A DNA stretch of 32,000 nucleotides, taken from positions 3,870,001-3,902,000 of the forward strand of contig NC_020304.1 in NCBI RefSeq assembly GCF_000341395.1. The letters run 5' to 3'. The stretch comes from Desulfocapsa sulfexigens DSM 10523 (lineage in GTDB: Bacteria > Desulfobacterota > Desulfobulbia > Desulfobulbales > Desulfocapsaceae). The translations under genes and the position numbers were made by a program. Below the pieces are notes generated by a model. It was not told where the DNA came from. It saw only the letters and a list, made by a program, of their open reading frames with translations, and did not search any database. Every line of letters starts with the position of its first letter. Position 1 is the first letter of the stretch. Positions 19,583 through 28,484 of the stretch are shown piece after piece.

Positions 19583-21493
19583 CTAATCAGATACCGACTC
19601 TTTAACTTGCAATTTTTTTATCTTCATGCCCTCCTCCGGAGGAGCATCTATAGTCAGGGTCAAAATACAGGAACTATCTTTCTCCAGCTCCTTTCCGGCA
19701 ACGGGACTCTGTGCAACAATGCGCCCGGTGCCTCTTACCGTAACATTCACTTCAGCACTTTGTAACAGGCGAAGACCTTTACGTAAACTCAACCCTGTTA
19801 AATCCGGCATGATTTGTACCGGCTTCGCTGCGTTTGCTCCCCCATGAGCAACGGCTACAGTTTCGGTATCCGTCCCGGTTTTAAAATTGTGCTCTTCGCT
19901 TTCTTCCATCTCTACAACGTCTGCAATATTTCTATAAATCTGCTGCAATGCTACCATGGAAGGAAGTATCGCATCGACTCCTTCACACAAAGAATTTGCA
20001 GCCACCGCCGCACTCTCTGGCACCAGCAGTTCCTCATCCCTTGAAACAAGGAGAAGTATCATTTCCGGTTGTTCAGCTGGAATGACAACCAGCCCCATTC
20101 GATCCCGGACATACTCCCCCCCCGAATCATTCATTACCAGGGAAACAGTCTCACCACATAGCCTTCTTGATCCGAGTGTTCCTTGCTGCCCCTGCATGGA
20201 TAGCAACGTTCTAAGTTCCTGGGAGACAAGTGATGGAAACACGTTACGTCCTATGTCTTTATTATGAAAGACATCATAGAAGAATTCTCTTTGCTGGGGG
20301 CGTTCTATGATCCTGTCAAGAATGTGTGGTTGTATCTTTTTGCCACCATTCAAAAGATGGGTGAGTCCCAGTAAAACCTTCAGCGGTAGTGCAGTCTTGG
20401 GCACTGCTCCAAGGTAGAGATCCGGGCCAGTCCCCTCAAATCGAGGCAGAGTCGTTGCTTGTTTTTTACCTCCTGAAAAGTCAACATGAATATCTGTTGT
20501 CAACTGCAAACGTTCCAATAGCCTAAGCTGACTTGCAAAATCAACATTATCGCTAACCACACTCCAGGGATACACCTGAGTGCTCTGCTCCCAGCCAAGC
20601 TGCAGAAAAGATGCGTCTTGAAAAAACTTCCGAATTTCTTCAGGAACCACCATGGGAGTAAGAAAAAGATTCTCAAGAATTTCTTCCTGATGCTGCCAGA
20701 CATGATTGGGATTGAAGGGTGGGTAGCTTGCTCCGGCAACAATTTTCCCCTCTTCTGTGTCAAGCAACAGGGAAGTTACTCGTCCATCCCCCATTTTTTC
20801 GCCAAGACTTCTGACGTATTTTTCAAGGATAGCCTGGATTTTCATGTCCAGAGTCAAAACCAGGTCATGCCCCTTGGTACTTGTCTGGGCAAGCCCTTTT
20901 AAATCAATAGCCGGGATATCCTCCTGCCGGACACGATCCTGATTGAGAAGGCGATTATAGTAATGTTCAACACCTGAAAGCCCCAGATCATTCTCTGAAT
21001 ATCCAATCAGATGTGAAGCATATTCCTGCTGAGGATAATTTCTTGCCACTTCCCGATGCAGATAAATCCCTGGGAGCTCGAGGCCTGCAACAGCGTCTTC
21101 TTCCTCCTGAGAAATATCTCGGTGCAGCCAGACAAGGTGCGAATCCCGCTCCATCTTGGCAGTCAGTTCAGACTCAGAAAGACCGAGTGTTGTTGCGAGG
21201 ACTCTTGCCGTTTCTGAGATATGTTCCACTTCACGGGGGCGAACATACAGTGACACCCGTTCGAGGGTCCGGGCAAGTTCCTTAAAGTTTCGATCGAAAA
21301 TTGTTCCCCTATCACCATTCACGAACGGGGTCTCTGCAGGGAAAGTCTCCCTCCAGATATCAGCCATATTTGACAATTGCTGCCTGTATAGTATGCCAAA
21401 GACAAAACCAGCCAAAAGAAGCAGAAAAACAAAAAGGAGCCATATCCTCACTCTTCTATTGTTTTCTGTTTTAAGACGGGATCTCCTTGCCAT
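19583..21493 (-). CDS. ftsI: FtsI/PBP2B-like class B penicillin-binding protein with C-terminal PASTA domain; catalytic motifs degenerate
   Basis: Position between ftsL and murE. N-terminal TM and pedestal domain (RGTIFDRNFKELARTLE, NYPQQEYASHLIGYSENDLGLSGVEHYYNRLL), transpeptidase-like region (ASYPPFNPNHVW...LLNGGKKIQPHIL), PASTA-like tail (MPDLTGLSLRKGLRLLQ...VAQSPVAGKELEKDSSCILTL). Classic SxxK and KTG motifs not found. Confidence 0.85.
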   Translation of the reverse strand: MARRSRLKTENNRRVRIWLLFVFLLLLAGFVFGILYRQQLSNMADIWRETFPAETPFVNGDRGTIFDRNFKELARTLERVSLYVRPREVEHISETARVLATTLGLSESELTAKMERDSHLVWLHRDISQEEEDAVAGLELPGIYLHREVARNYPQQEYASHLIGYSENDLGLSGVEHYYNRLLNQDRVRQEDIPAIDLKGLAQTSTKGHDLVLTLDMKIQAILEKYVRSLGEKMGDGRVTSLLLDTEEGKIVAGASYPPFNPNHVWQHQEEILENLFLTPMVVPEEIRKFFQDASFLQLGWEQSTQVYPWSVVSDNVDFASQLRLLERLQLTTDIHVDFSGGKKQATTLPRFEGTGPDLYLGAVPKTALPLKVLLGLTHLLNGGKKIQPHILDRIIERPQQREFFYDVFHNKDIGRNVFPSLVSQELRTLLSMQGQQGTLGSRRLCGETVSLVMNDSGGEYVRDRMGLVVIPAEQPEMILLLVSRDEELLVPESAAVAANSLCEGVDAILPSMVALQQIYRNIADVVEMEESEEHNFKTGTDTETVAVAHGGANAAKPVQIMPDLTGLSLRKGLRLLQSAEVNVTVRGTGRIVAQSPVAGKELEKDSSCILTLTIDAPPEEGMKIKKLQVKESVSD

Positions 21494-21513
21494 CGACTAA
21501 CTGCAGTAAGTGC

Positions 21514-21879
21514 TCAGAACTTTAAGTACTGTTCCGAGACAGGAGTATGGATGGCCAGCTGATTACCAGCTGCCACTTCCACGGCCTCGGAGGAAAACAT
21601 ACGAGCTTTTTTTGCACGGAGTAAAATGTTTGTTGTAACCAGTTCGTTGTGAACGGCTTCGAGATTAGCAATTTCTGCACTAATCCGTTCTCTCGAGCCA
21701 TCCATGAGAGCAAAAGCTACACAAAGAAACAGCACTGCAACCAGTAAAACTTTTGTCAGCCCATACCAGAGTTGTTTGCCACCAGGAAGAGTCATGCTTT
21801 GACGACGTCCATACCCGTCATGACGTCGAAATGAATTTCGCCGAGGAATCATCGTATGGGCCGAAGGATTAATTATCAT
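21514..21879 (-). CDS. ftsL: FtsL-like small bitopic septum-formation initiator protein
   Basis: About 121 aa, one TM (LTKVLLVAVLFLCVAFAL) followed by a coiled-coil-like stretch. Position between rsmH and ftsI. Assignment rests largely on synteny and topology. Confidence 0.7.
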   Translation of the reverse strand: MIINPSAHTMIPRRNSFRRHDGYGRRQSMTLPGGKQLWYGLTKVLLVAVLFLCVAFALMDGSRERISAEIANLEAVHNELVTTNILLRAKKARMFSSEAVEVAAGNQLAIHTPVSEQYLKF

Positions 21880-21896
21880 GGTCTCACCTCTTCTCT

Positions 21897-22796
21897 TTAA
21901 ATTTTTTCCGCAACTCGCAATCGAGCACTGCGCGATCTTCTGTTTCGTTCTCGTTCATCAGGACTTGCGACAACAGGCTTTCTGGTAATGACCTTCAGTT
22001 CCTCGTTGTCACGAAATTTCCGTTTCACCATTCTGTCTTCCAAAGAGTGGAATGAGATGACACAAAACCGTGCTCCGGGTTTCAGGTATTCCACGCCACG
22101 TTCCAGAATTCCTGCAAGATTCTCAAGCTCAGTATTGACAGCTATACGCAGGGCTTGAAATACCAGTGTTGCAACATGAATTTTCTTGGGATGAAATCGT
22201 CTTGGCACTGCCTTCACAACAATGTCGGCCAACTGCTTTGAGGTGGAAATCGGCTCCAGCATTCTCTCTTGAACAACAAAAGAAGCTATCCTTCTAGCCT
22301 GCTTCTCCTCTCCATAATAGTAAAAGATATCAGCCAGTTCGTCCTCAGAACACTCAGCGAGAATAGCTGCAGCGGTCACCTCACGCCTGAGATCCATCCG
22401 CATATCCAGAGGTTCATCGCGCTGAAAGCTGAAACCGCGCGCCCCCATATCAAGTTGCAGGGATGAAAGCCCGATATCGATAAGGATGCCATCGACTTTG
22501 TCCACGCCAACCTCTGCCAGCCCCTCTCCAATCTCAGAAAAATTTCTTCTGACAATGGTCAGACGATCACCAAAACATTTCAGCCGTTCCCTACTCTTCT
22601 CTATGGCTGCGGCGTCCCAGTCAAAGGCAATAACACGCCCATTTGGTGAACTCTTGCGTAATATCGCCTCACTGTGACCACCCAGCCCCAAAGTCCCGTC
22701 GACATAGACCCCATCACTTCTGGGATCAAGCAGTTCAAGGGTTTCAGAAGGTAAAACAGAACAATGAATATCCGCTGCTTTATCCTGATCACTCAT
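21897..22796 (-). CDS. rsmH: 16S rRNA (cytosine(1402)-N(4))-methyltransferase RsmH (MraW)
   Basis: DGTLGLGGHSEAIL, GILIDIGLSSLQLD, GFSFQRDEPLDMRMD, FCVISFHSLEDRMVKR. Confidence 0.97.
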   Translation of the reverse strand: MSDQDKAADIHCSVLPSETLELLDPRSDGVYVDGTLGLGGHSEAILRKSSPNGRVIAFDWDAAAIEKSRERLKCFGDRLTIVRRNFSEIGEGLAEVGVDKVDGILIDIGLSSLQLDMGARGFSFQRDEPLDMRMDLRREVTAAAILAECSEDELADIFYYYGEEKQARRIASFVVQERMLEPISTSKQLADIVVKAVPRRFHPKKIHVATLVFQALRIAVNTELENLAGILERGVEYLKPGARFCVISFHSLEDRMVKRKFRDNEELKVITRKPVVASPDERERNRRSRSARLRVAEKI

Positions 22797-23263
22797 CAGA
22801 GAATTCCGAGTTTGGACAAGCCATCATCAAAACTGTCAAAATTCTCAAGAGTTCCCTTGATTTCAATCTCCCAGGCATCCTTGTCCCATATCTCTACCCA
22901 GTCACGCATACCGGTGAGAACGAGATCCGTACCAATTCGAAGCTCAGCACGCAGCGCTGCCGGAAGAAGAATGCGCCCCTGCTTATCAAGATTGCACTCC
23001 GTTACTCCAGACAAGACCCAGCGAATATAGCTGCCCATCTGAGGCTGTTCTTTCTGATCAAGGAGCTTGTCTTCAATAATTTCCCATTCGGAAACCGGAT
23101 AGGCACGGAGGTGAGCTTTCCAGGGGACAACCATGAGCATCCCGGAACCATACTGAGCCAGAACATCACGAAAGCGACTTGGGAAATTCAGTCGCCCCTT
23201 GTTGTCCAGACTGTGCTCAGATTTGCTGCGAAATCTGCTTTTTATGGTCTTCCCTGAACTCAT
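22796..23263 (-). CDS. mraZ: Transcriptional regulator MraZ
   Basis: Two SpoVT/AbrB-like repeats (HSLDNKGRLNFPSRFRD and CNLDKQGRILLPAALRAE). Start placed at ATG 23263 behind GGTGGAGAGGA. The track start (GTG at 23299) lies inside the candidate operator. Confidence 0.93.
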   Translation of the reverse strand: MSSGKTIKSRFRSKSEHSLDNKGRLNFPSRFRDVLAQYGSGMLMVVPWKAHLRAYPVSEWEIIEDKLLDQKEQPQMGSYIRWVLSGVTECNLDKQGRILLPAALRAELRIGTDLVLTGMRDWVEIWDKDAWEIEIKGTLENFDSFDDGLSKLGIL

Positions 23264-23269
23264 TCCTCT

Positions 23270-23304
23270 CCACCTGTTATCCACATCACCCCACTTCACA
23301 CCAC
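23270..23304 (-). promoter_or_regulatory. Candidate MraZ-binding direct repeats (GTGG array)
   Basis: Minus strand reads GTGGTGTGAA-GTGGGGTGAT-GTGGATAACAG-GTGG. On the plus strand CCAC starts at 23301, 23291, 23281 and 23270 (spacings 10, 10, 11). Confidence 0.75.
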
Positions 23305-23314
23305 TATTGTAAGT

Positions 23315-23342
23315 TTTATATCAGATTCGCTCCCCTTGTCAA
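23315..23342 (-). promoter_or_regulatory. Sigma70-like promoter of the dcw operon
   Basis: Minus strand TTGACA (23342-23337), 16 bp spacer, TATAAA (23320-23315), just upstream of the GTGG repeats and mraZ. Confidence 0.75.
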
Positions 23343-24027
23343 GACATTTCACTTAAAATTACATGAAACTAAAGACACTTAGACGTAGAGCACAAACACA
23401 CACCATAAAGCGCACCCAGCAACCAAAACCACAACAGAACGTACAGAATGGGTATTTAACAGCACCTAAGGAAAAAGAGACACTCAGACAGAAAAGAAGT
23501 GAAGAGACTGAAAATACAGGATGATTAAAAAATAGCAAAAAGCACTCCTACAAAATATCTTTCACAGGTGGTGGAAAGTGGACAAAACAGTCGGAACAAT
23601 CTCATCAAGTGGAAGCAAGCCCTCTCATTGGCGCAAACTGCTACTGTTCGTCACACAATGCCAGGCACTATCAGAAAAGACTGCACTCGGTTCGGGAACT
23701 TTGCTGACCATGGGAAAGAACTCATGATCTTCGGAAATTATGACGACTACAACCCTATGTGGGGATAGTGTCGGAACAGACGGGGAAATAGAAGCAAACC
23801 TCTTTGAAAAGACCCACTTAACGGAAAATCCGCTTACAACTATGCAGGCCAAAGCTTGGACTGCACATCGGACTCAGTCTTTGAACTAGACTTTTTCTAG
23901 AAAACAGGCTGCGCCCAACAGTACTTTCTGGGTCAGGGACAAGGCTATGTGGTTTTGGGTCAGGAAAATCAATACACCAAAGGAACTACAGTGAACATGA
24001 GGAAAAAAGCGATACTAAAGAAAGGAT

Positions 24028-24582
24028 TTACTTAAAATCAACGCTTGGCATCTCACGTTGGGTAGCCAGTTCCAGCGACAGGTAGTCCTGCTTCACAAAA
24101 CCAAACTTCTGCGCTATCAGAGAGGATGGAAAGGATTCCACAAGGGTATTGAAACGCCCGATGTAGCCATTGTAACGGTTCCTGGCCTCCTGGATTTCCC
24201 GTTCTATTTCATCGAGACTGTTTTGGAGATCAAGAAAATTTTCACTAGCTTTTAAATCTGGATAGGCTTCGGCAATGGCAAGCAGACCACCCAGAGATTT
24301 TGTAATTTTACTTTCCTTCTCCATTCGTGACGAATCTGTCCCGCCACTGAGTTGTCTTATCTTTTCTTCAAATATTTTGTTTTCATGAGCACTGTAGCCT
24401 TCAATTACCTGAACAAGAGTGGGAATAAGATTTGCGCGACGTTTTAACGCAACATCGATACGACTCCACGACTCTTCTATCCTGTTCCTATATCTGACAA
24501 ATTTATTATAAATGCCGACCATTATTACAGTAACTACAAAAACGATAAAAAAGATGGGTATAAGAAACTGTGGTGGCATCAT
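24028..24582 (-). CDS. lemA: LemA family protein
   Basis: N-terminal TM then YNKFVRYRNRIEESWSRIDVALKRRANLIPTLV and ENFLDLQNSLDEIEREIQEARNRYNGYIGRFNTLVESFPSSLIA. Confidence 0.88.
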   Translation of the reverse strand: MMPPQFLIPIFFIVFVVTVIMVGIYNKFVRYRNRIEESWSRIDVALKRRANLIPTLVQVIEGYSAHENKIFEEKIRQLSGGTDSSRMEKESKITKSLGGLLAIAEAYPDLKASENFLDLQNSLDEIEREIQEARNRYNGYIGRFNTLVESFPSSLIAQKFGFVKQDYLSLELATQREMPSVDFK

Positions 24583-24602
24583 TTTCCTCCAATCATTTAT
24601 AC

Positions 24603-25439
24603 TTACAGGCCCAGAAGTTTTCGAAGATTTGAGTCACTGGAAAAGCTGTGATCAGCGTCGGGGTATGCCCCACTACGAACCTCTGCGTTATACTCAGATA
24701 CCGCCTCTTTTATGACTGGAGCAAGCTTGCAGTAGGATTTCACAAAACTCGGGATAAACTTATCAAACATCCCCAGGAGATCGTGGGTAACGAGAACCTG
24801 TCCATCACAATGCACTCCGGCCCCGATACCGATGGTGGGAATTGCAATCTCTTCAGAAATAATTCGGCCAAGTTCATCGGGAATACATTCAAGAACGATG
24901 GCAAATGCTCCTGCCTCCTCAAGAGCTTTGGCCTCTGCAACCATTCTCTGCGCTGACTCAAGATCACGGCCCTGCACCTTATATCCTCCCAGTTGAGTAG
25001 CCGTCTGCGGCGTCAACCCAATATGGCCCATGACTGAGATCCCAGCCCGTTCCAATGCCGTTACCGTCTCACAGACTTCCATCCCCCCCTCCAATTTCAC
25101 TGCGTCACAGCCGGCTTCCTTCAGAAAACGCCCACCATTGAGGATGGCATCACGCTTCCCTGACTGGTAGGAGCCAAAGGGCATATCACCAACTACAAAA
25201 GCTCCCGGTGCCCCCCGGCGGACAGCAGAGGCGTGATGGATCATCTCATCCATGGTCACGGGAACTGTTGAATCATAGCCAAGCACAACCATCCCCAGGG
25301 AATCACCTACCAGAAGCACATCCACATCGGCTGCGATCAGCATAGATGCCATGGCAGCATCGTAAGCTGTAAGCATTGTGATCTTTTCACCTTTTTTCTT
25401 CATGGCAAGGATGCCGGCTACAGTTTTCCGTTTCTGCAT
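24603..25439 (-). CDS. panB: 3-methyl-2-oxobutanoate hydroxymethyltransferase
   Basis: MLTAYDAAMASMLIAADVDVLLVGDSLGMVVLGYDSTVPVT, GHIGLTPQ, IPTIGIGAGVHCDGQVLVTHDLLG. Confidence 0.96.
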   Translation of the reverse strand: MQKRKTVAGILAMKKKGEKITMLTAYDAAMASMLIAADVDVLLVGDSLGMVVLGYDSTVPVTMDEMIHHASAVRRGAPGAFVVGDMPFGSYQSGKRDAILNGGRFLKEAGCDAVKLEGGMEVCETVTALERAGISVMGHIGLTPQTATQLGGYKVQGRDLESAQRMVAEAKALEEAGAFAIVLECIPDELGRIISEEIAIPTIGIGAGVHCDGQVLVTHDLLGMFDKFIPSFVKSYCKLAPVIKEAVSEYNAEVRSGAYPDADHSFSSDSNLRKLLGL

Positions 25440-25442
25440 GTC

Positions 25443-26507
25443 TTATTCTCCTGTATCGAAGAGAGTCGGTTGGCGTTTCATACTGTTGGGGAGAGGCCGG
25501 CCAAAATGTTCATAGGCATTCATGGTCGCCATGCGTCCGCGCGGGGTTCTTGCTAAAAATCCGGACTGTATAAGAAAGGGTTCGTATACATCCTCAAGAG
25601 TATTCTTTTCTTCGCAGACTACAGTGGCCAGTGTTTCCAGACCGATAGGACCGCCCTGAAATTTATCGATAATTGAAAGCATAATACGCCTGTCCATATC
25701 ATCAAGGCCAAAGCGGTCCACATTGAGCAGTTCCAGGGCTTCATCAGCCACCTTTGCAGTCACTGTGGCATGTTTTCCAACTTCAGCGAAATCACGTACC
25801 CTTCTCAGTAAACGATTCGCTATTCGTGGTGTTCCCCGGGACCTGCGGCCAAGCTCAAGTGCGCCATTTGCATCCACCCGCATACCGAGAATGGAGGCGG
25901 AACGCAGAATAATACGAACCAACTCCTCCGGCTCGTAGAGTTCCAGGCGCAGGATAACGCCAAAGCGATCACGTAGCGGTGGGGTCAACAGGCCGGTACG
26001 GGTAGTTGCTCCGACCAGAGTAAAGCGGGGCAGATCCATTTTCACTGACCTGGCTCCCGGCCCCTGACCGATAATAAGATCAAGCTGAAAATCTTCCATT
26101 GCAGGATAGAGAATCTCCTCAACCGCATGATTTAAACGATGAATTTCATCAATAAAAAGGACATCACCTTCCTGAAGACTGGTAAGAATGGCAGCGAGAT
26201 CTCCCTGACGCTCTATGACAGGTCCGGAAGTCATCTTGATCCCGGCACCCATCTCATTAGCAATTATATGAGAAAGTGTTGTTTTTCCAAGGCCCGGGTA
26301 TCCATGAAAAAGAACGTGATCCAGAGCCTCACCCCGTGCCTTGGCAGCACGGATAAAAATATCCAGACTTTTGCAGAGCTGCTCCTGACCTACGTATTCA
26401 GCAAGGCTTTTAGGCCTGAGCGCATGATCGTGGCTGATAAGTTCTTCCTTTACTGGAGCAGGAGCTACAAGCCTGTCATTTGCCTGTATTTCTTCTTCAA
26501 AGTTCAT
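25443..26507 (-). CDS. ruvB: Holliday junction branch migration ATPase RuvB
   Basis: [15 protein letters not shown], Walker [43 protein letters not shown]. Confidence 0.97.
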   Translation of the reverse strand: MNFEEEIQANDRLVAPAPVKEELISHDHALRPKSLAEYVGQEQLCKSLDIFIRAAKARGEALDHVLFHGYPGLGKTTLSHIIANEMGAGIKMTSGPVIERQGDLAAILTSLQEGDVLFIDEIHRLNHAVEEILYPAMEDFQLDLIIGQGPGARSVKMDLPRFTLVGATTRTGLLTPPLRDRFGVILRLELYEPEELVRIILRSASILGMRVDANGALELGRRSRGTPRIANRLLRRVRDFAEVGKHATVTAKVADEALELLNVDRFGLDDMDRRIMLSIIDKFQGGPIGLETLATVVCEEKNTLEDVYEPFLIQSGFLARTPRGRMATMNAYEHFGRPLPNSMKRQPTLFDTGE

Positions 26508-27124
26508 GCAAGTGTCCGCAGTCCTTCTCGAATGAGTTCTTCAACCTTCATGGCTGCGAAGGTTTCATCACCAAGTTGTTTTTTCACTCTTGTCATCGCC
26601 TCTCGAGCCACAGAATCGGGATAGCCAAGATTCACAAGAGCTGACAGGGCATCGGTTAATACTGCAGTCATACCCAGTGCGGTAACCGCGGAACCTGCTG
26701 CAGCTGAAACAGCTGAACGGAAATCTCCGACCTTGTCCTTCAACTCCACACAGATTCGCTCCGCAGTTTTCTTCCCAACTCCTGAAATAGTGGTGAGTCC
26801 CTTAACATCCTCCGTGGCAATAGCTTCACTCAGGGCATCCAGTCGCATTCCTGAAAGAATGGCGAGCGCAAGTTTAGGGCCAATTCCGGACACTGTTTTC
26901 AAGACAAGAAACATCTCTTTTTCAGAACGTTCAGCAAAACCAAAAAGGACAATGGCATCCTCCCGCACACTGGTGTGAATATGAAGGAAAATCTCATTTC
27001 CTCTTTCCGGTAAACGAGACAGGCCCTCCGTGGAGAGAAAGACCTCATATCCAACACCATTAACATCAATGACACATCTGTCCGAACCTATATATTGGAT
27101 TTTTCCTGTGAGTGATGCGATCAT
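26504..27124 (-). CDS. ruvA: Holliday junction branch migration protein RuvA
   Basis: [20 protein letters not shown]-type N-terminal OB fold, HhH motifs ([32 protein letters not shown]), C-terminal domain. Confidence 0.95.
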   Translation of the reverse strand: MIASLTGKIQYIGSDRCVIDVNGVGYEVFLSTEGLSRLPERGNEIFLHIHTSVREDAIVLFGFAERSEKEMFLVLKTVSGIGPKLALAILSGMRLDALSEAIATEDVKGLTTISGVGKKTAERICVELKDKVGDFRSAVSAAAGSAVTALGMTAVLTDALSALVNLGYPDSVAREAMTRVKKQLGDETFAAMKVEELIREGLRTLA

Positions 27125-27203
27125 GATAGAGACACGATTCCATATTCAGGTTTTCAGGTTTCCGTTCAAAAGCAGGTACCTGTTCAGCAGTGCTGAGGGA
27201 CAG

Positions 27204-27695
27204 TTACAGGATCTGGTGGTTGGCGTGGCAAATCGCCACAGCCAGGGCATCGGCGGCATCACTACTTGGTTCTGCTGACAAACCGAGCAGAACCTTTATC
27301 ATTCGCTGCATCTGCCCTTTTTCCGCCTGACCATATCCAACCACGGCTCGTTTCACCTTCTTGGCACTGTAGTCATTCACGCCAAGACCATTCTGAGTGG
27401 CCGCAACCACAGCGGCACCCCGTGCCTGACCAAGCTTCAGGGCAGACCCGGCATTAGTGGACATAAAAACTTCCTCAACGGCTGCCACGACCGGATTATG
27501 GAGTTGGATTACCTCGTTAATCCCTTCGAAGATTTCATTCAGGCGGCTGGATAACGGGAATCCCACTGTGGTTTTAATCACTCCGCAGGAGACAAAGACA
27601 AGCTTTCCGTATCCAGCATCGACAATGCCGTAGCCGGTTATCCGGGAACCGGGATCAATCCCGAGAATACGCTGAATACGCGGATCACTTTCTAT
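27204..27695 (-). CDS. ruvC: Holliday junction resolvase RuvC (start codon non-canonical or unresolved)
   Basis: Reading the frame upstream of the track start (27581) gives ...[38 protein letters not shown], then VAAVEEVF and [14 protein letters not shown] catalytic residues. No ATG/GTG/TTG occurs in frame between the upstream stop and IDPGS. Start shown at ATA 27695 as an extreme candidate. Confidence 0.85.
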   Translation of the reverse strand: MESDPRIQRILGIDPGSRITGYGIVDAGYGKLVFVSCGVIKTTVGFPLSSRLNEIFEGINEVIQLHNPVVAAVEEVFMSTNAGSALKLGQARGAAVVAATQNGLGVNDYSAKKVKRAVVGYGQAEKGQMQRMIKVLLGLSAEPSSDAADALAVAICHANHQIL

Positions 27696-28441
27696 GACAA
27701 CTGCTCCATAAGATCATCATCTATATCAAAATTGGCATGAACATTCTGAACATCATCGTGCCCCTCGATGTTATCGAGAAGTTTCAGCAGTGCCCTGGCC
27801 GGCTTTTCTTCGGTCACTTCGATGGTGGTCTGGGGGACCATGGTAAGGGACGCCTCAGCAAAAGAAACCCCTCCTTCCTCAAGCTCATCACGAACCGCAT
27901 CAAAATCTTCAGGAGCAGTAACTATTTGAAAATAATCATCCTCCTCGACAACATCATCGGCGCCAGCCTCAATTGCCAGCTCCATCAGAGCCTCTTCACT
28001 GATGGTTGTTTTATCCACCAGCATCATGCCTTTTTTATCAAACATATACGCAACGCAGCCTGATTCACCCAAGTTGCCGCCGCTCTTGGCAAAATAGTGA
28101 CGAATATCAGCAACCGTTCGATTTCGATTATCGGTCATGCACTCAACAAGGACAGCAACTCCACCGGGACCATATCCTTCGTAGAGGATTTCGTCGTACA
28201 CCTCACCTTCGAGTTCGCCTGTTCCTTTTTTTATGGCACGGGTAATATTATCCTTGGGCATATTCTCAGCGCGAGCTGTAACAATGGCACTGCGAAGACG
28301 TGGATTGCCATCGGGATCACCGCCCCCCATTCTGGCAGCCACTGTTATCTCTTTGATGAGACGGGTGAAAATCTTCCCGCGTTTGGCATCCGCCGCCCCT
28401 TTCTTGTGTTTAATATTTGCCCATTTAGAATGTCCTGACAT
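27692..28441 (-). CDS. yebC: YebC/PmpR family transcriptional regulator / translation factor (TACO1-like)
   Basis: [60 protein letters not shown]. Confidence 0.97.
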   Translation of the reverse strand: MSGHSKWANIKHKKGAADAKRGKIFTRLIKEITVAARMGGGDPDGNPRLRSAIVTARAENMPKDNITRAIKKGTGELEGEVYDEILYEGYGPGGVAVLVECMTDNRNRTVADIRHYFAKSGGNLGESGCVAYMFDKKGMMLVDKTTISEEALMELAIEAGADDVVEEDDYFQIVTAPEDFDAVRDELEEGGVSFAEASLTMVPQTTIEVTEEKPARALLKLLDNIEGHDDVQNVHANFDIDDDLMEQLS

Positions 28442-28484
28442 AATTCAATCCCTTCTATTCTGATATTCTGTTATTTAGTTATGA

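Noticed and set aside
23264-23299. Track start of mraZ at GTG 23299
   Set aside because: The extra 12 codons consist of the GTGG repeat array immediately downstream of the predicted promoter. ATG 23263 has a good SD and gives a normal MraZ N-terminus.
23568-23768. 66-aa plus-strand ORF in the intergenic region
   Set aside because: No recognised family and no clear SD-start-downstream gene context. Kept only as part of the unassigned-region finding.
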